From Spirochaetota bacterium (lineage in GTDB: Bacteria > Spirochaetota > UBA4802 > UBA5550): 39,557 nt of DNA. Position 1 is the stretch's first letter. Each line of letters begins with the position of its first letter. The position numbers and the translations under genes are program-made. Location of the stretch: the NCBI GenBank assembly GCA_050298055.1, contig JBNKTL010000048.1, forward strand, positions 1 through 39,557, given 5' to 3'. Positions 26,853-36,557 of the stretch are shown here, one piece after another. The notes below the pieces were generated by a model that made no database searches, had not been told where the DNA came from, and saw only the letters and a list, made by a program, of their open reading frames with translations.

Positions 26853-27242
26853 TTATTCAGCCTCAACCTCGGCCGAAACCTTTGTGAGGACCTCCACACC
26901 TTCATCAGTTATCACCGTAAGCTCAATTGAGGCCCTCTTCTCTTTTATATCCGACACCTCTCCCCTTACGGTAACCCTGTCCTCCAATTTCACAGGGGAC
27001 GAAAACCGGCATGTAAGTTTTTTGAGCTTCCCCGGATCTCCGGTCCAGTCTGTTATCGTCTTTGCCGTGAAACCAAGTGTACAGAGGCCGTGAAGGATCA
27101 CACCATCAAGTCCCACGCCTTTTGCAACATCCGGATCAATATGGATAGGATTAAAATCCCCTGAAGCCCCCGCGTAGATAATTGCCCTGTACCTGTCAAC
27201 AGTCTCTTCCGCGCTGAATGTATCACCTTTTTTTATCTCCAT
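26853..27242 (-). CDS. MaoC-like (R)-hydratase/dehydratase catalytic subunit (HadB-like)
   Basis: Hydratase-2 motif YAGASGDFNPIH, ILHG and RFSSPV. Confidence 0.92.
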   Translation of the reverse strand: MEIKKGDTFSAEETVDRYRAIIYAGASGDFNPIHIDPDVAKGVGLDGVILHGLCTLGFTAKTITDWTGDPGKLKKLTCRFSSPVKLEDRVTVRGEVSDIKEKRASIELTVITDEGVEVLTKVSAEVEAE

Positions 27243-27273
27243 TATTCACTCCTTTGAAATAATCCGTATTTCT

Positions 27274-27711
27274 CTATTTTTTCACAACCAGGGTATAAAC
27301 GGCCCTGCAGACATCTTTGCCGTCCTGGTTCCTGGTCAATAGTTCAACTGACATGACGTCTAATCTCTCCTTGTTTTCGATACCGATGATTTCCGCTTCG
27401 GTCACCAGGAGGTCCCCTGCCCTGACAACATCAAGAAATTCATACTCCTGTTCACCGTGAATGATCATGGTGATGTTGAGCTTCAGCTCACTGTCAAAGA
27501 ATATGGGGCCGATATTCCTCGCAGCATAGACTGCCGCGAATGTGGGCGGGGCAATGATTGTCCCGTATTTTGTCCCTGCCGCGAATTCTTCGTCCAGGTA
27601 GTGAGGATCGGGGTTCTTGATGGCCATAGCATACTCCTTTATCTTCTCTTTCCCCACTTCGTAGACCTGCGCGGGATATTTTTTCCCGATAAATTTTTTG
27701 CTTAATGACAT
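27274..27711 (-). CDS. MaoC N-terminal/FAS1-like hotdog subunit (HadA-like)
   Basis: YEVGKEKIKEYA, IAPPTF and IHGEQEYEF..VRAGD. No catalytic D-x4-H motif. Confidence 0.9.
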   Translation of the reverse strand: MSLSKKFIGKKYPAQVYEVGKEKIKEYAMAIKNPDPHYLDEEFAAGTKYGTIIAPPTFAAVYAARNIGPIFFDSELKLNITMIIHGEQEYEFLDVVRAGDLLVTEAEIIGIENKERLDVMSVELLTRNQDGKDVCRAVYTLVVKK

Positions 27712-28014
27712 TATTTTCTCCTTACGGAATTTGTTCTTCAAACGATCCGGATATTTAACAGGATTTGGATATTCCTTAATTGCCGGTTATTAATGAACTT
27801 TAAAGAGCAGGAAAGTTTAGCGCAAGAATTATTTTTTAATATACATTCATGAAAATATTAGAAACCTTTTAGATAATTTACAGAGTACTTCAATAAATTT
27901 TTTTTCATTGCAATAATATGTAAATATTCCGCATAATGGAGAAGATCCCTGTAATAACAGATGTTAAGAGAAAGAGAAAGCCCCCGTGGGATTCCCTGTC
28001 AGGAGGATAAACTG

Positions 28015-28746
28015 ATGAGCGTTTCGGAACGAGATAAGGCGAAAAAAAAGATTGAGGGAGCTATCGGTGTTTTTGAGGAACACGGCAAATTACTGTCGTT
28101 TCCCCAATTATTGAAAATTGTCAGGAACCTTCCCGTTTCTATTGTTCTGCCTGTTGTCTCACTCTTTTTTTCCGTTGCTCTTATAGGGTTTACTCTTGGA
28201 AAATGCTACTACCAGGATAACACAGACCCGAAAATAAGTTTAATAAAACAGCTCGATAATATTTTAGGCGGCCGAAACTGGTTTATTTATCCCAATGATA
28301 ATTATTGGGCAGTGGGTGTTATGCGTCTTCCCAAGGATTTTAAAGTGAAGAGTCCCATAAAGGCCATAAGCACACACAGAGGTATCTATGGCAAAAATGA
28401 AACGGCCCACGGTGATTGCGGCGCACATCTTGACCTGGAAATACCTTTAAGAAAAGGCGAAATGCCCCGGTGGCAGCGGGTCGCCGTACAAAAATGGAAA
28501 GATGAGGAAAAACAGAACAAAAAAGTTTTTACATCTAAGAAATTAGATACGATGTTCGGGGCAAAAAACTGGCGGAAAAATAATAGTTATTCTCTTATTG
28601 TCAATAAGCTAAAAAAGGAACTTCATATCGAATACCCGATTACAAGTATCGATGCAAGTGATAGTCTGAAATATGGTGTTGGGATGGCCCCGGTCAAGGC
28701 GGGCCAGGGTGCTACTATCTGGATTCAGGGGAATATTGATAAATAA
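28015..28746 (+). CDS. Membrane-anchored hypothetical protein with a duplicated domain of about 65-70 aa
   Basis: RBS AGGAGG at 28001, one TM helix, and repeats starting LDNILGGRNW and LDTMFGAKNW. Confidence 0.8.
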   Translation: MSVSERDKAKKKIEGAIGVFEEHGKLLSFPQLLKIVRNLPVSIVLPVVSLFFSVALIGFTLGKCYYQDNTDPKISLIKQLDNILGGRNWFIYPNDNYWAVGVMRLPKDFKVKSPIKAISTHRGIYGKNETAHGDCGAHLDLEIPLRKGEMPRWQRVAVQKWKDEEKQNKKVFTSKKLDTMFGAKNWRKNNSYSLIVNKLKKELHIEYPITSIDASDSLKYGVGMAPVKAGQGATIWIQGNIDK

Positions 28747-28779
28747 AAAAAAAGGGTGCCCCGGTCACGGACACCCTTT
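28745..28779. terminator. Intrinsic terminator between convergent genes
   Basis: A-run then GGGTGCCC..GGACACCCTTT, giving a long U tract on the minus strand. Confidence 0.75.
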
Positions 28780-28832
28780 CAGGAGGTTTTTTAAGGCTCT
28801 CATATTATGGGATTATGGTTCCGGTTTTCTCT

Positions 28833-29921
28833 CTATGCTACCATCCTCGATTCAAGGGCCCTCTGGAAGTGAATTTTACTCAGATTATCCATCTCCCTTA
28901 TGTAAAACCCGACCTTGATGATTTTATTTGCCAGAATGTCAATATGCCTCACATCGGCGATAAGAGATGCTTTCTTTCTCTGGGGAAATATCATATCCAT
29001 GCTTACCATTTTCTTCCTGTCATAGTAGGGAAGCAGGCTCCAGTTTTTGAAGGCAATACCGAGTCCGTTTTTCGAGATGTCTGATACAAGAAACCTGTGG
29101 TCAACATTGAAAGATATGTTGTTTTCTCTGCGCATGCTTTCAATGAGCAGAGCCATGCGCTTCAGGGACCTCATTGATGTCCGTGAAAGAGGCAGACTGC
29201 TGTTTGCCTGTATATACCCGTAAGGGATCTTATCATTGCACAGGATAGGGACCGATATCTCCGATACAATTTCAGCATTGTCCCTTATGCTTCTGTCCAT
29301 TTTAAAAATGTTCTCAAGGTAATATTTGACCAGGTAGTCCTTTTCTTCACTCCCGCTCTTTCTGAAATTAAGGACATGAATAGGAGATCTGAACTCCTTA
29401 AAATATTTCATGCGGGGATCATGAACCGGTGAATCGTCAAAGACAATGTTAAAATAATCATAGGCGCCCGCTTCATCGGGGCTTACCCTGTCCCTGATCT
29501 TTTCCAGCTTTTTCTTTTCACTTTTCAGTGTTTTTTTTATCCCCGGATCGGATATAACATTTGTTGCAAATATTATATTTTCCGTATCTCCATTGAAGCA
29601 TCTCCTCAGATCATTCCGGGGAGTCGTTTGAATCTCAAAATTTAAGGGAACAAAACAGAATACAGTATCTCCTTTCACCTTTGTACAGGTAAGATGTACT
29701 GTAATGGTAATATTCTTTACCCGGGTAAAGATAGAGCAGTTCCCCGGTCTGCTTGTCCTGAGAGGGAAAGCAAACTCGGCCAGATCGTCATGAAAACCAA
29801 TATATCTGACCTCCACATCTCCCCGGCTCGAATGGACAAAGGATTTCCCCTGCAGAAAAAACTGCCCGAGTATCTTTTCATGATACTCTTTTCCGTAAAC
29901 CAGTTTTACATCATCCTTCAT
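28833..29921 (-). CDS. DUF1577-like protein (Leptospira-type, GAF-like plus PilZ)
   Basis: R..R motif (PRNDLRR), VSEISVPI..IPYGYIQAN and the PilZ motif VSDISKNGLGI. Confidence 0.75.
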   Translation of the reverse strand: MKDDVKLVYGKEYHEKILGQFFLQGKSFVHSSRGDVEVRYIGFHDDLAEFAFPLRTSRPGNCSIFTRVKNITITVHLTCTKVKGDTVFCFVPLNFEIQTTPRNDLRRCFNGDTENIIFATNVISDPGIKKTLKSEKKKLEKIRDRVSPDEAGAYDYFNIVFDDSPVHDPRMKYFKEFRSPIHVLNFRKSGSEEKDYLVKYYLENIFKMDRSIRDNAEIVSEISVPILCNDKIPYGYIQANSSLPLSRTSMRSLKRMALLIESMRRENNISFNVDHRFLVSDISKNGLGIAFKNWSLLPYYDRKKMVSMDMIFPQRKKASLIADVRHIDILANKIIKVGFYIREMDNLSKIHFQRALESRMVA

Positions 29922-30114
29922 GGAGTGCCTCAAATAATAAACAATGAACAGAAATAATATACAACCCGGCAGAATAATTCAAATAGGAAAAAGTATTATT
30001 TTTTTGTAGGATATTGGAGAATTTTATTGTAGCTAATATGTTTACAGAGGACCGGGAACCAACCTGTTATGTTTTTTTATTTACAGGAAAACTTTTTATA
30101 CATAGTTACCTTTA

Positions 30115-30672
30115 TTATATATAATCCAGAGGATCAAGGAGTTGAATCTCTTCGCTTTTGCCGATGGTCTCCCAGCTGATGTGAGCCATTTCAAAACCGG
30201 GTTCGATTAAAGCCATTGAAAGGTGAAGGTGGGGAGAGATGCCGGGTCTTTTACCGGATAGTTCCGCGATTTCGGCAACCGGTTCTCCGGCTACGACATT
30301 TTTCCCCGGTATAATCTCCTGGAGGGGCTTTACATGCGCATAAAAAATATAAAAAGGTGAGCCGGATAAATCTGCACTCTGTTTTACCACCAGCGATTTT
30401 CCAAGAAGATCATCGATTACACGGACCACTTCACCATTAAAGGCTGAGGGGACCCGTGTACCGGGAGCCAGCTTTTTTACTTCACCGCTCTTCTCCCGGT
30501 ATAAAAAGATATCAAGTCCTTCGTGGGGCAGCTGTCTCACACCGCCGCTCCCCCACCACTTTTCCGAATCACCAAAGCCCATCCCCCGGTCAAAGATAAA
30601 AGCATCGACATCCCGGTAAGGAATGCCATTAAGTCGCAGAAGGTCCCTGAAAAAGCTTGACTCTTTTTTCAT
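30115..30672 (-). CDS. Small M23-like peptidase-domain protein with no signal peptide
   Basis: HEGLD (HxxxD), FYAHV and SPHLH. Confidence 0.8.
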   Translation of the reverse strand: MKKESSFFRDLLRLNGIPYRDVDAFIFDRGMGFGDSEKWWGSGGVRQLPHEGLDIFLYREKSGEVKKLAPGTRVPSAFNGEVVRVIDDLLGKSLVVKQSADLSGSPFYIFYAHVKPLQEIIPGKNVVAGEPVAEIAELSGKRPGISPHLHLSMALIEPGFEMAHISWETIGKSEEIQLLDPLDYI

Positions 30673-30753
30673 TCAAACCAGAATTATGGGAAAAGCCTTT
30701 CATGTACAGACAATTTTCAATGAAATAACAGGTCCCCGGGGGAAGCACCTGCT

Positions 30754-30935
30754 GTGATATACATAATCGGAGTCGACCATTTGATCCAGTACAGGAAGAC
30801 CATTTTCCCGTTTCGGTATTCAACCGGTTTAAAAAATACATACTGGATATACTGGTTAAGTATAATATCCATATCATTGCAGAGGAGTTTAACAGGGAAT
30901 ACCTGGAAGAAGTTTACGGCTCCAAAGAAGGCACA
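30754..30935 (+). pseudogene. Frameshifted, truncated remnant of a hypothetical gene
   Basis: MIYIIGVDHLIQY in one frame continues as FNRFKKYILDILVKYNIHIIAEEFNREYLEEVYGSKEG in another. The protein-like sequence then runs into the stop of the convergent gene at 30936. Confidence 0.55.
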
Positions 30936-31199
30936 CTATTCCAGGGGCATAAACTCAATGCCCCTCTCCTTCAGGAAAAGCCGGGTCTTGCTGCAGACCG
31001 GGGCATCTGTCATGACCGATATCTTTATTCCGGGAGATTTCCTCTTTATGGCCTCCGCCTGGTGCAGAATCTGCTCCCCGTCTTTCATTACGATCCTGCT
31101 CTTCCTCTTCTTGACAATGGCAATATGTTTTCCGCTTATTCCGGCCAGCTCAGTTCTCCGGGAAAGCCCGTATCCGGCCGGATCTATCCTCTCAGACAT
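30936..31199 (-). CDS. Small basic hypothetical protein (alpha/beta fold)
   Basis: RBS AGGTG and IAIVKKRKSRIVMKDG..APVCSKTRLFLKERGI. Lies downstream of the hydratase gene in the same orientation. Confidence 0.75.
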   Translation of the reverse strand: MSERIDPAGYGLSRRTELAGISGKHIAIVKKRKSRIVMKDGEQILHQAEAIKRKSPGIKISVMTDAPVCSKTRLFLKERGIEFMPLE

Positions 31200-31228
31200 T
31201 TTCAATTCACCTTTTTCAGATTATTCAT

Positions 31229-32005
31229 CTACCTGTTCTTCCATTCCGGAGTTTTTTTCTCCAGGAATGCCTTTATTCCCGTCTGTGCGTCTTCGGATGC
31301 AAGGTTGAGGGCCATTGTATCCAATGCGGAATCATAGGCGTTCTCATCAGGCCGGTCGACCTGGTTATAAAAAGCCTTCTTTCCCAGGGCAATGGCAAAG
31401 CGGCTGGCTTCCGCGATTTCCAGCGCGAGGAGTTCTGTCGCGGTCTCCAGTTCTTCCGGGGGCACAACCCTGTTTACCAGGCCGAGCTCTTTTGCCTCCC
31501 CCGCGGAATAATACCTGCCGGTGAGAAGCATCTCCATTGCCGCCTTTCTTCCCACGGCCCTGACAACCGCAACGCCCGGAGTCGTACAGAAAAGCCCGAT
31601 TCTCACACCCGGGGTGGCAAACTTCGCACCCTCCTCGGCAACAACAAGATCACACCATGCTGCAAGCTGGCAGCCGGCGGCGGTAGCCACACCCTGCACC
31701 TGGGCAATAACAGGCTGGGGTATCTCATGAATCATCTTCATCATCTCCGAGCAGTGAGAAAATATCTCCCTGTATTTTTTTACACCTTTATCAATCATTT
31801 CAGGGAGATAGTGCCCCGCACAGAAGTGCTTCCCCACGGCCTTAATGATCACAACCCTGATATTCTCCCTGTCAGGGAGTTTTGAGAGAATGTCACTCAG
31901 CTCACTCACCATCCGGATTGAAAGAGAATTTACTTTGGATGGATTGTTGAGTGTTATAGAAGCAACCGGGTCTTTCTCGGTGTAGATTATCTCACTGTAT
32001 TCCAT
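31229..32005 (-). CDS. Enoyl-CoA hydratase/isomerase (ECHDC3-like crotonase)
   Basis: FCAGH, PQPVIAQVQGVATAAGCQL, FATPGVRIGLFCTTP and AMEMLLTG. RBS GGAGG before ATG 32005. Confidence 0.93.
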   Translation of the reverse strand: MEYSEIIYTEKDPVASITLNNPSKVNSLSIRMVSELSDILSKLPDRENIRVVIIKAVGKHFCAGHYLPEMIDKGVKKYREIFSHCSEMMKMIHEIPQPVIAQVQGVATAAGCQLAAWCDLVVAEEGAKFATPGVRIGLFCTTPGVAVVRAVGRKAAMEMLLTGRYYSAGEAKELGLVNRVVPPEELETATELLALEIAEASRFAIALGKKAFYNQVDRPDENAYDSALDTMALNLASEDAQTGIKAFLEKKTPEWKNR

Positions 32006-32430
32006 CTTTCCTCCATTCATGATTTTCATGATTTCTTTTTTATTGCTATCCTCAGCTATGTTTACAATAAATATGTTAATGAATAAAAAAAACTGATGTG
32101 TTCCAGCAAAAACTTTTATTGCAGTCATAAAGCCGAGCAGTTACTTTTCATTTATAAAAATAAAAGTGCTAGCGTCAAGAAGTTAATATCAGTCAAAACG
32201 GGTGCATTTTAAATTTCGGGTTAACGAGATATTTTTTTACGGTGTCTAAGGGGTGAAATCCCTTAAAAGCCCCACAGGGTCCCTGCCATAGGGGGCGCGA
32301 ATTATTTTATCTGAAAAATAATCCGCGCCCGTGAAAACAGTGATATTTTTGATAAAATTTCTTGATATTTTACACTGTGAGAAAAATATTATATACCCTT
32401 GTCATGAAATGACCCAGCATTTAATATATA

Positions 32431-33666
32431 ATGAATATTCTCTCATTTATCTCAACCATTGTTTTAACACTTGTATTGCTTGAAGCAGTATACATACTCT
32501 ATAAAGATCCGAAATCCCGGCTTAACCGCCTATATTTTTTTATGAATATATGCCTGTTTATATGGCTGCTGGGAGCTGCATTCGGCTACAATTCCCGGGA
32601 CAAGCCGGAGGCATTATTCTGGTTCAGGCTCTCTTCCTTTGGATTCATTTTTCTCCATGCTTTTACCCTGCATTTCTGTATGCTCATATCCGGAAAAACA
32701 GGGAGAAAAAGTTATTTTATTATCGGTATTTATCTGCCTTCTTTTGTTTTTTATTATAAAAGCCTCACCGGCCTTATGGTGTTTAAAGATTTTGTCAGAT
32801 ATCATGATTACTGGATAGGGATCAATGGTTTTGATAATATAATAAATATCATTTTTATGATAAATTATTTGATTTACTATACTGCATCAATAATACTCCT
32901 GGTTCTCTGGTACAGGGAATCATCGGTACGAAAAAAAAAGATGCAGGCCCTCATCTTAATTCTCTCCATCTCAATAACTGTTTTTCTTTTCAATCTTGAG
33001 CCTTTTGTTCTCCCCTTTCTTCTTCCCTATAATTCAATACTTATTTCTCCGATTTTCGGTATTTTCTGGGTCACGGGAGTCTGGTATGCAATCGGTAAAT
33101 ACAGATTCCTGGACCTTCATGACTCGGAGGTTTACAGAAGCATTGTTGACAATACAGGAGACCTTATCATATTGTTTAATGAGAATCTCGAAATTAAAAT
33201 GGATAATAAAGCATTTAGAGAAGCTACAGGATTTGATAAAAATGAAATCACAGGGAGAAAAATTGATTTTTTTTATCAGTTAAACCATAAGTTACGTGAA
33301 AATTTCCTTAATTCAAAGAGAGGTGACATTCATACAAGAATTCTTATTAATACGGTTTCCGGAAATATCCTTACCTCTACAATTTTTTTCAGTGTACTTG
33401 ACTCCCATATGGATTTTGTGGGATACGCCGCTGTCTCAAGTATTGTTCATTCAATCAATATGCTGGAACAGGATTACAATCTGTCTCAAAGAGAAACGGA
33501 AGTGGTCAAATACATAATAAGCGGAACGAAAAACAGTGTAATTGCCGAAACTCTGGGGATAACCCTGAGAACCGTAAAAACTCATGTGACAAATATCTAT
33601 AACAAGCTTGGAATTGAGAACAGGATCCAGTTGATCAATCTTTTTAATATTTACGAAAAAAAATAA
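32431..33666 (+). CDS. Membrane one-component regulator: 7TM (HisKA_7TM-like), PAS, LuxR HTH
   Basis: About 7 TM helices ending YAIGKYRFL, a PAS-like segment, and LSQRETEVV..IAETLGITLRTVKTHVTNIYNKLG. Confidence 0.9.
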   Translation: MNILSFISTIVLTLVLLEAVYILYKDPKSRLNRLYFFMNICLFIWLLGAAFGYNSRDKPEALFWFRLSSFGFIFLHAFTLHFCMLISGKTGRKSYFIIGIYLPSFVFYYKSLTGLMVFKDFVRYHDYWIGINGFDNIINIIFMINYLIYYTASIILLVLWYRESSVRKKKMQALILILSISITVFLFNLEPFVLPFLLPYNSILISPIFGIFWVTGVWYAIGKYRFLDLHDSEVYRSIVDNTGDLIILFNENLEIKMDNKAFREATGFDKNEITGRKIDFFYQLNHKLRENFLNSKRGDIHTRILINTVSGNILTSTIFFSVLDSHMDFVGYAAVSSIVHSINMLEQDYNLSQRETEVVKYIISGTKNSVIAETLGITLRTVKTHVTNIYNKLGIENRIQLINLFNIYEKK

Positions 33667-33848
33667 ACTTCTAATACCTTGGTACGATGTTTTCTCTTCT
33701 GTTGCTTTATAAAATAAGATCTATAAATAATTAACGATTCAGCTACTCAGATTTTAAAATTATCATTGACAGAGACATTTTCAATATATATAGCTGGGTA
33801 GTTATCTTAGTCTATTATTAATATTATAAATCAATAGCAGGAGGAACT

Positions 33849-34436
33849 ATGAAAAAAACATTTAATGTTGCAGTTTTATCAACTGTATTAATTTTAACTG
33901 TTTTTTCAATACTCTTTTCAAGCAGCTCGGCAGAAGCTGCCGGTTTTGAAAACAGGGAGAGAGATATTGGTATCTCAGCAGGAATGTGGCTTGAGGGTGA
34001 TGTCTATGTTGGAGGTATCGTCGATGACTATGTAACAAAGGACGCAGGTTTTCTGGTAAGGGCTTTTTATGATGCTTATGTTGCTCCAAAATTCGCAGCC
34101 GGCGTATATTTCAACTATTCATCAGTTACTATAGAAGATGTTGATGGTTCCATCACTGAATTCGGGGGCGCATTAAAATATCGTTTCCTGGCGACTCCCA
34201 CAGTTGCAATAAAACCGGGATTGAATATCGGTTACAGGAAATTGAGCGCTGATGAATCAACCCTGGATGGAGACGGGATGGGCGCAAACCTGAGTGTCGA
34301 AATACAAATCCAGCTTTCAGGGGATATGATCTTTTTTATAGAACCCGGTTTTCTCGCGCAACCGGCAGGGGGCAATGAAGATTTTGATATTACCTGGGCC
34401 CCGATTGTGTATATAAACGCAGGTATCTGTTTCTAA
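33849..34436 (+). CDS. Small outer-membrane beta-barrel protein (about 8 strands)
   Basis: RBS AGGAGG, signal peptide ending AEA, amphipathic strands, and C-terminal YINAGICF (terminal Phe signal). Confidence 0.85.
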   Translation: MKKTFNVAVLSTVLILTVFSILFSSSSAEAAGFENRERDIGISAGMWLEGDVYVGGIVDDYVTKDAGFLVRAFYDAYVAPKFAAGVYFNYSSVTIEDVDGSITEFGGALKYRFLATPTVAIKPGLNIGYRKLSADESTLDGDGMGANLSVEIQIQLSGDMIFFIEPGFLAQPAGGNEDFDITWAPIVYINAGICF

Positions 34437-34462
34437 GCCTGAAGAGAAAGTTCTTGTTAGAG

Positions 34463-34498
34463 AAAAAAAGCGGAGAGTTATTCCTCTCCGCTTTTTTT
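34463..34498 (+). terminator. Intrinsic terminator
   Basis: AAAAAAAGCGGAGAG-ttattc-CTCTCCGCTTTTTTT. Confidence 0.92.
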
Positions 34499-34550
34499 AT
34501 CATAAACCATCTGCAAATATTTTTAATAAAAAACCGTTTAAAAATAAGAA

Positions 34551-34585
34551 AATCTTATTGGCACAAAATCACGCGGGCTCAGCAC
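34551..34585 (+). repeat. 35-bp dispersed repeat, copy 1
   Basis: AATCTTATTGGCACAAAATCACGCGGGCTCAGCAC, 33/35 identical to 36994-37028. Confidence 0.9.
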
Positions 34586-34708
34586 GAGAAGAAAACTACA
34601 GAGAGGATGAAACTAATATTATTGACAATTTGAACAAAGGGGGAATAATATATATTCCGGAGTATATTATAAGATTTTTTGAGGATAATCCCTTAATTTA
34701 TGGGAAAA

Positions 34709-36388
34709 ATGAGAAAATTTATCTACAACTTCTTTACATCGGGAAGGGGTGACACCCTTGAATTTTCTATTAAGAGAAAGGTTATTCTCATCAACATCCT
34801 GCTGATTACCCTGTTGATCACTTTCACCTTTTTTTTAATCCTGAACTATTTCCAGTATAATCTCCCGCTTCTTACAGTAGACATAATATCATTATTCCTG
34901 ATAATTATTTCATTTATTCTGCTCAGAGCAACATTTATGCTGGATGCCGTCTCATATTTTTTTACTCTGTCTATTAGTTTCGTACTGATCTTTTTCCTGG
35001 TAACCGGCGGGAAAGACAACTCCGGACCAATGTACCTCCTTATTTATCCTGCACCGGTTTTTTTTATCATGGGAAAGCGGAATGGGCTCAGAATAGTCCT
35101 GATTTTCACACTCTCTGCCGTTTTGTCATACCTTATTTTTATGAACTTCAGCTGGTTCCCCGATTACAAAAGCTCCTATTTAATAAGATACAGCATAATT
35201 TATATTTTTATACTGCTTATTTCGTACAGCTATGAATATGTAATCAGCAAAACAAATTCTGAACTTAAAAAAACCAATGTATGGCTGGCTGAAAGCGAAG
35301 AAAAGTACAGGACCCTTGTTGAAGATGCAAATATTGGCATATTGATCATCAAGTCAGACAAAATCGTTTTTGCAAACAGCTTTTTTGCAAGATTGACAGG
35401 TTATCACAGGGAAAGTCTGGAAGGTAAGGATTTTTTACATCTTCTTAACCGTGAAGATTTTAAAAAAGCAAAAGGTCTTCTCATGTCGGCCCTGAAAAAC
35501 CATGAAACTCCCGAGTATATTGAATCTACCGTAACAACAAGAGAAGGGATTTCCATTGACGTTACTATTAATATCCTGACAATAGATTTCAACAAAGAAC
35601 CCGCACTTCTCGTTATTATTAACGATATCAGCAAAATGAAGAAAGCGGAAAAAGAGAGAGAAGGGCTGATAAAACAGCTGAATGAAATTCTTGCCATAAA
35701 GAACAGGTTTATTTCGGTACTGGCTCATGACCTCAAGGGACCGCTGGGAAGTTATTTTGAGTTCATGGAATTTTTTGAAGAGAACTATGATGAGATGAGT
35801 GATGATGAGAAAAAGGATATCATTAACTCAATAAAAGTCTCTTCCAAGAACAACTATGACCTGCTCCTTAACCTGCTGAACTGGGTCAGGATACAGGACA
35901 ATAAAATGCAGTATAATCCGGAAATTCTCTCCATAAAGGAAATTGTAGATAAGACAACCGAGTTTTACCGCATTGAGGCAGACAGAAAAAGCGTAAAGAT
36001 TATATCCAACATCAGCCCGAAGCTTTATGCATTTGGTGACTCAGATATGATCAATATCATAATGAGAAACCTTGTTGCAAATGCAATAAAATTCTCATAT
36101 GAAGGGAGCACCGTCCGGATAATTGCATCCGAAAAAAATGGTTTTGTGGAAATCCAGGTGGCTGACAACGGGAAAGGGATAAGAAGTGATCTTATTGCCG
36201 ACATATTCAACCTGGATATCTATTCAAGGGGAAAAGCCGGTTCCGGGAAAATGAGTACGGGGCTGGGACTGATACTCTGCAGGGAGATGGTTGAAAAAAA
36301 CGGAGGGCAGATATGGGTTGAAAGCGTTGAAAAAAAGGGAACAACCATCACGTTCACGCTCCCGGGAGATTTTAATGAAATCGCATAA
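34709..36388 (+). CDS. Membrane PAS-domain sensor histidine kinase (orphan)
   Basis: About 6 TM helices, PAS (SEEKYRTLVEDAN..NDIS), H-box LAHDLKGPL, NLVANAIKF, DNGKG and TGLGL. Confidence 0.93.
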   Translation: MRKFIYNFFTSGRGDTLEFSIKRKVILINILLITLLITFTFFLILNYFQYNLPLLTVDIISLFLIIISFILLRATFMLDAVSYFFTLSISFVLIFFLVTGGKDNSGPMYLLIYPAPVFFIMGKRNGLRIVLIFTLSAVLSYLIFMNFSWFPDYKSSYLIRYSIIYIFILLISYSYEYVISKTNSELKKTNVWLAESEEKYRTLVEDANIGILIIKSDKIVFANSFFARLTGYHRESLEGKDFLHLLNREDFKKAKGLLMSALKNHETPEYIESTVTTREGISIDVTINILTIDFNKEPALLVIINDISKMKKAEKEREGLIKQLNEILAIKNRFISVLAHDLKGPLGSYFEFMEFFEENYDEMSDDEKKDIINSIKVSSKNNYDLLLNLLNWVRIQDNKMQYNPEILSIKEIVDKTTEFYRIEADRKSVKIISNISPKLYAFGDSDMINIIMRNLVANAIKFSYEGSTVRIIASEKNGFVEIQVADNGKGIRSDLIADIFNLDIYSRGKAGSGKMSTGLGLILCREMVEKNGGQIWVESVEKKGTTITFTLPGDFNEIA

Positions 36389-36557
36389 CAGGTTATAGCA
36401 CTGTTTTGGATCACAGCTTATATCCGCAACATTTCAACAAGGGATACTCCCTTGAAACAAGCAAACTCACCTGCGGAAAGTCCGGAATGCATTTTTATTG
36501 AAACATCTTATGAAAGGATGTATGTTATATGTGCAATCTGAAAAAAGGAGGCTTATA

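Noticed and set aside
30754..31308. 184-aa ORF as a full gene
   Set aside because: Only the first ~14 codons look genuine. The rest is off-frame or antisense to 30936-31199 and the hydratase gene.
34559..34574. TGGCAC as a sigma-54 -24 element
   Set aside because: The GC is one base off the required GG-N10-GC spacing, there is no TTGC, and repeat copy 2 lacks TGGCAC.
32431..36388. AT-rich stretch as a genomic island
   Set aside because: The AT richness is largely explained by Ile/Phe-rich membrane segments. No integrase or tRNA is present, and I could not compute composition statistics.
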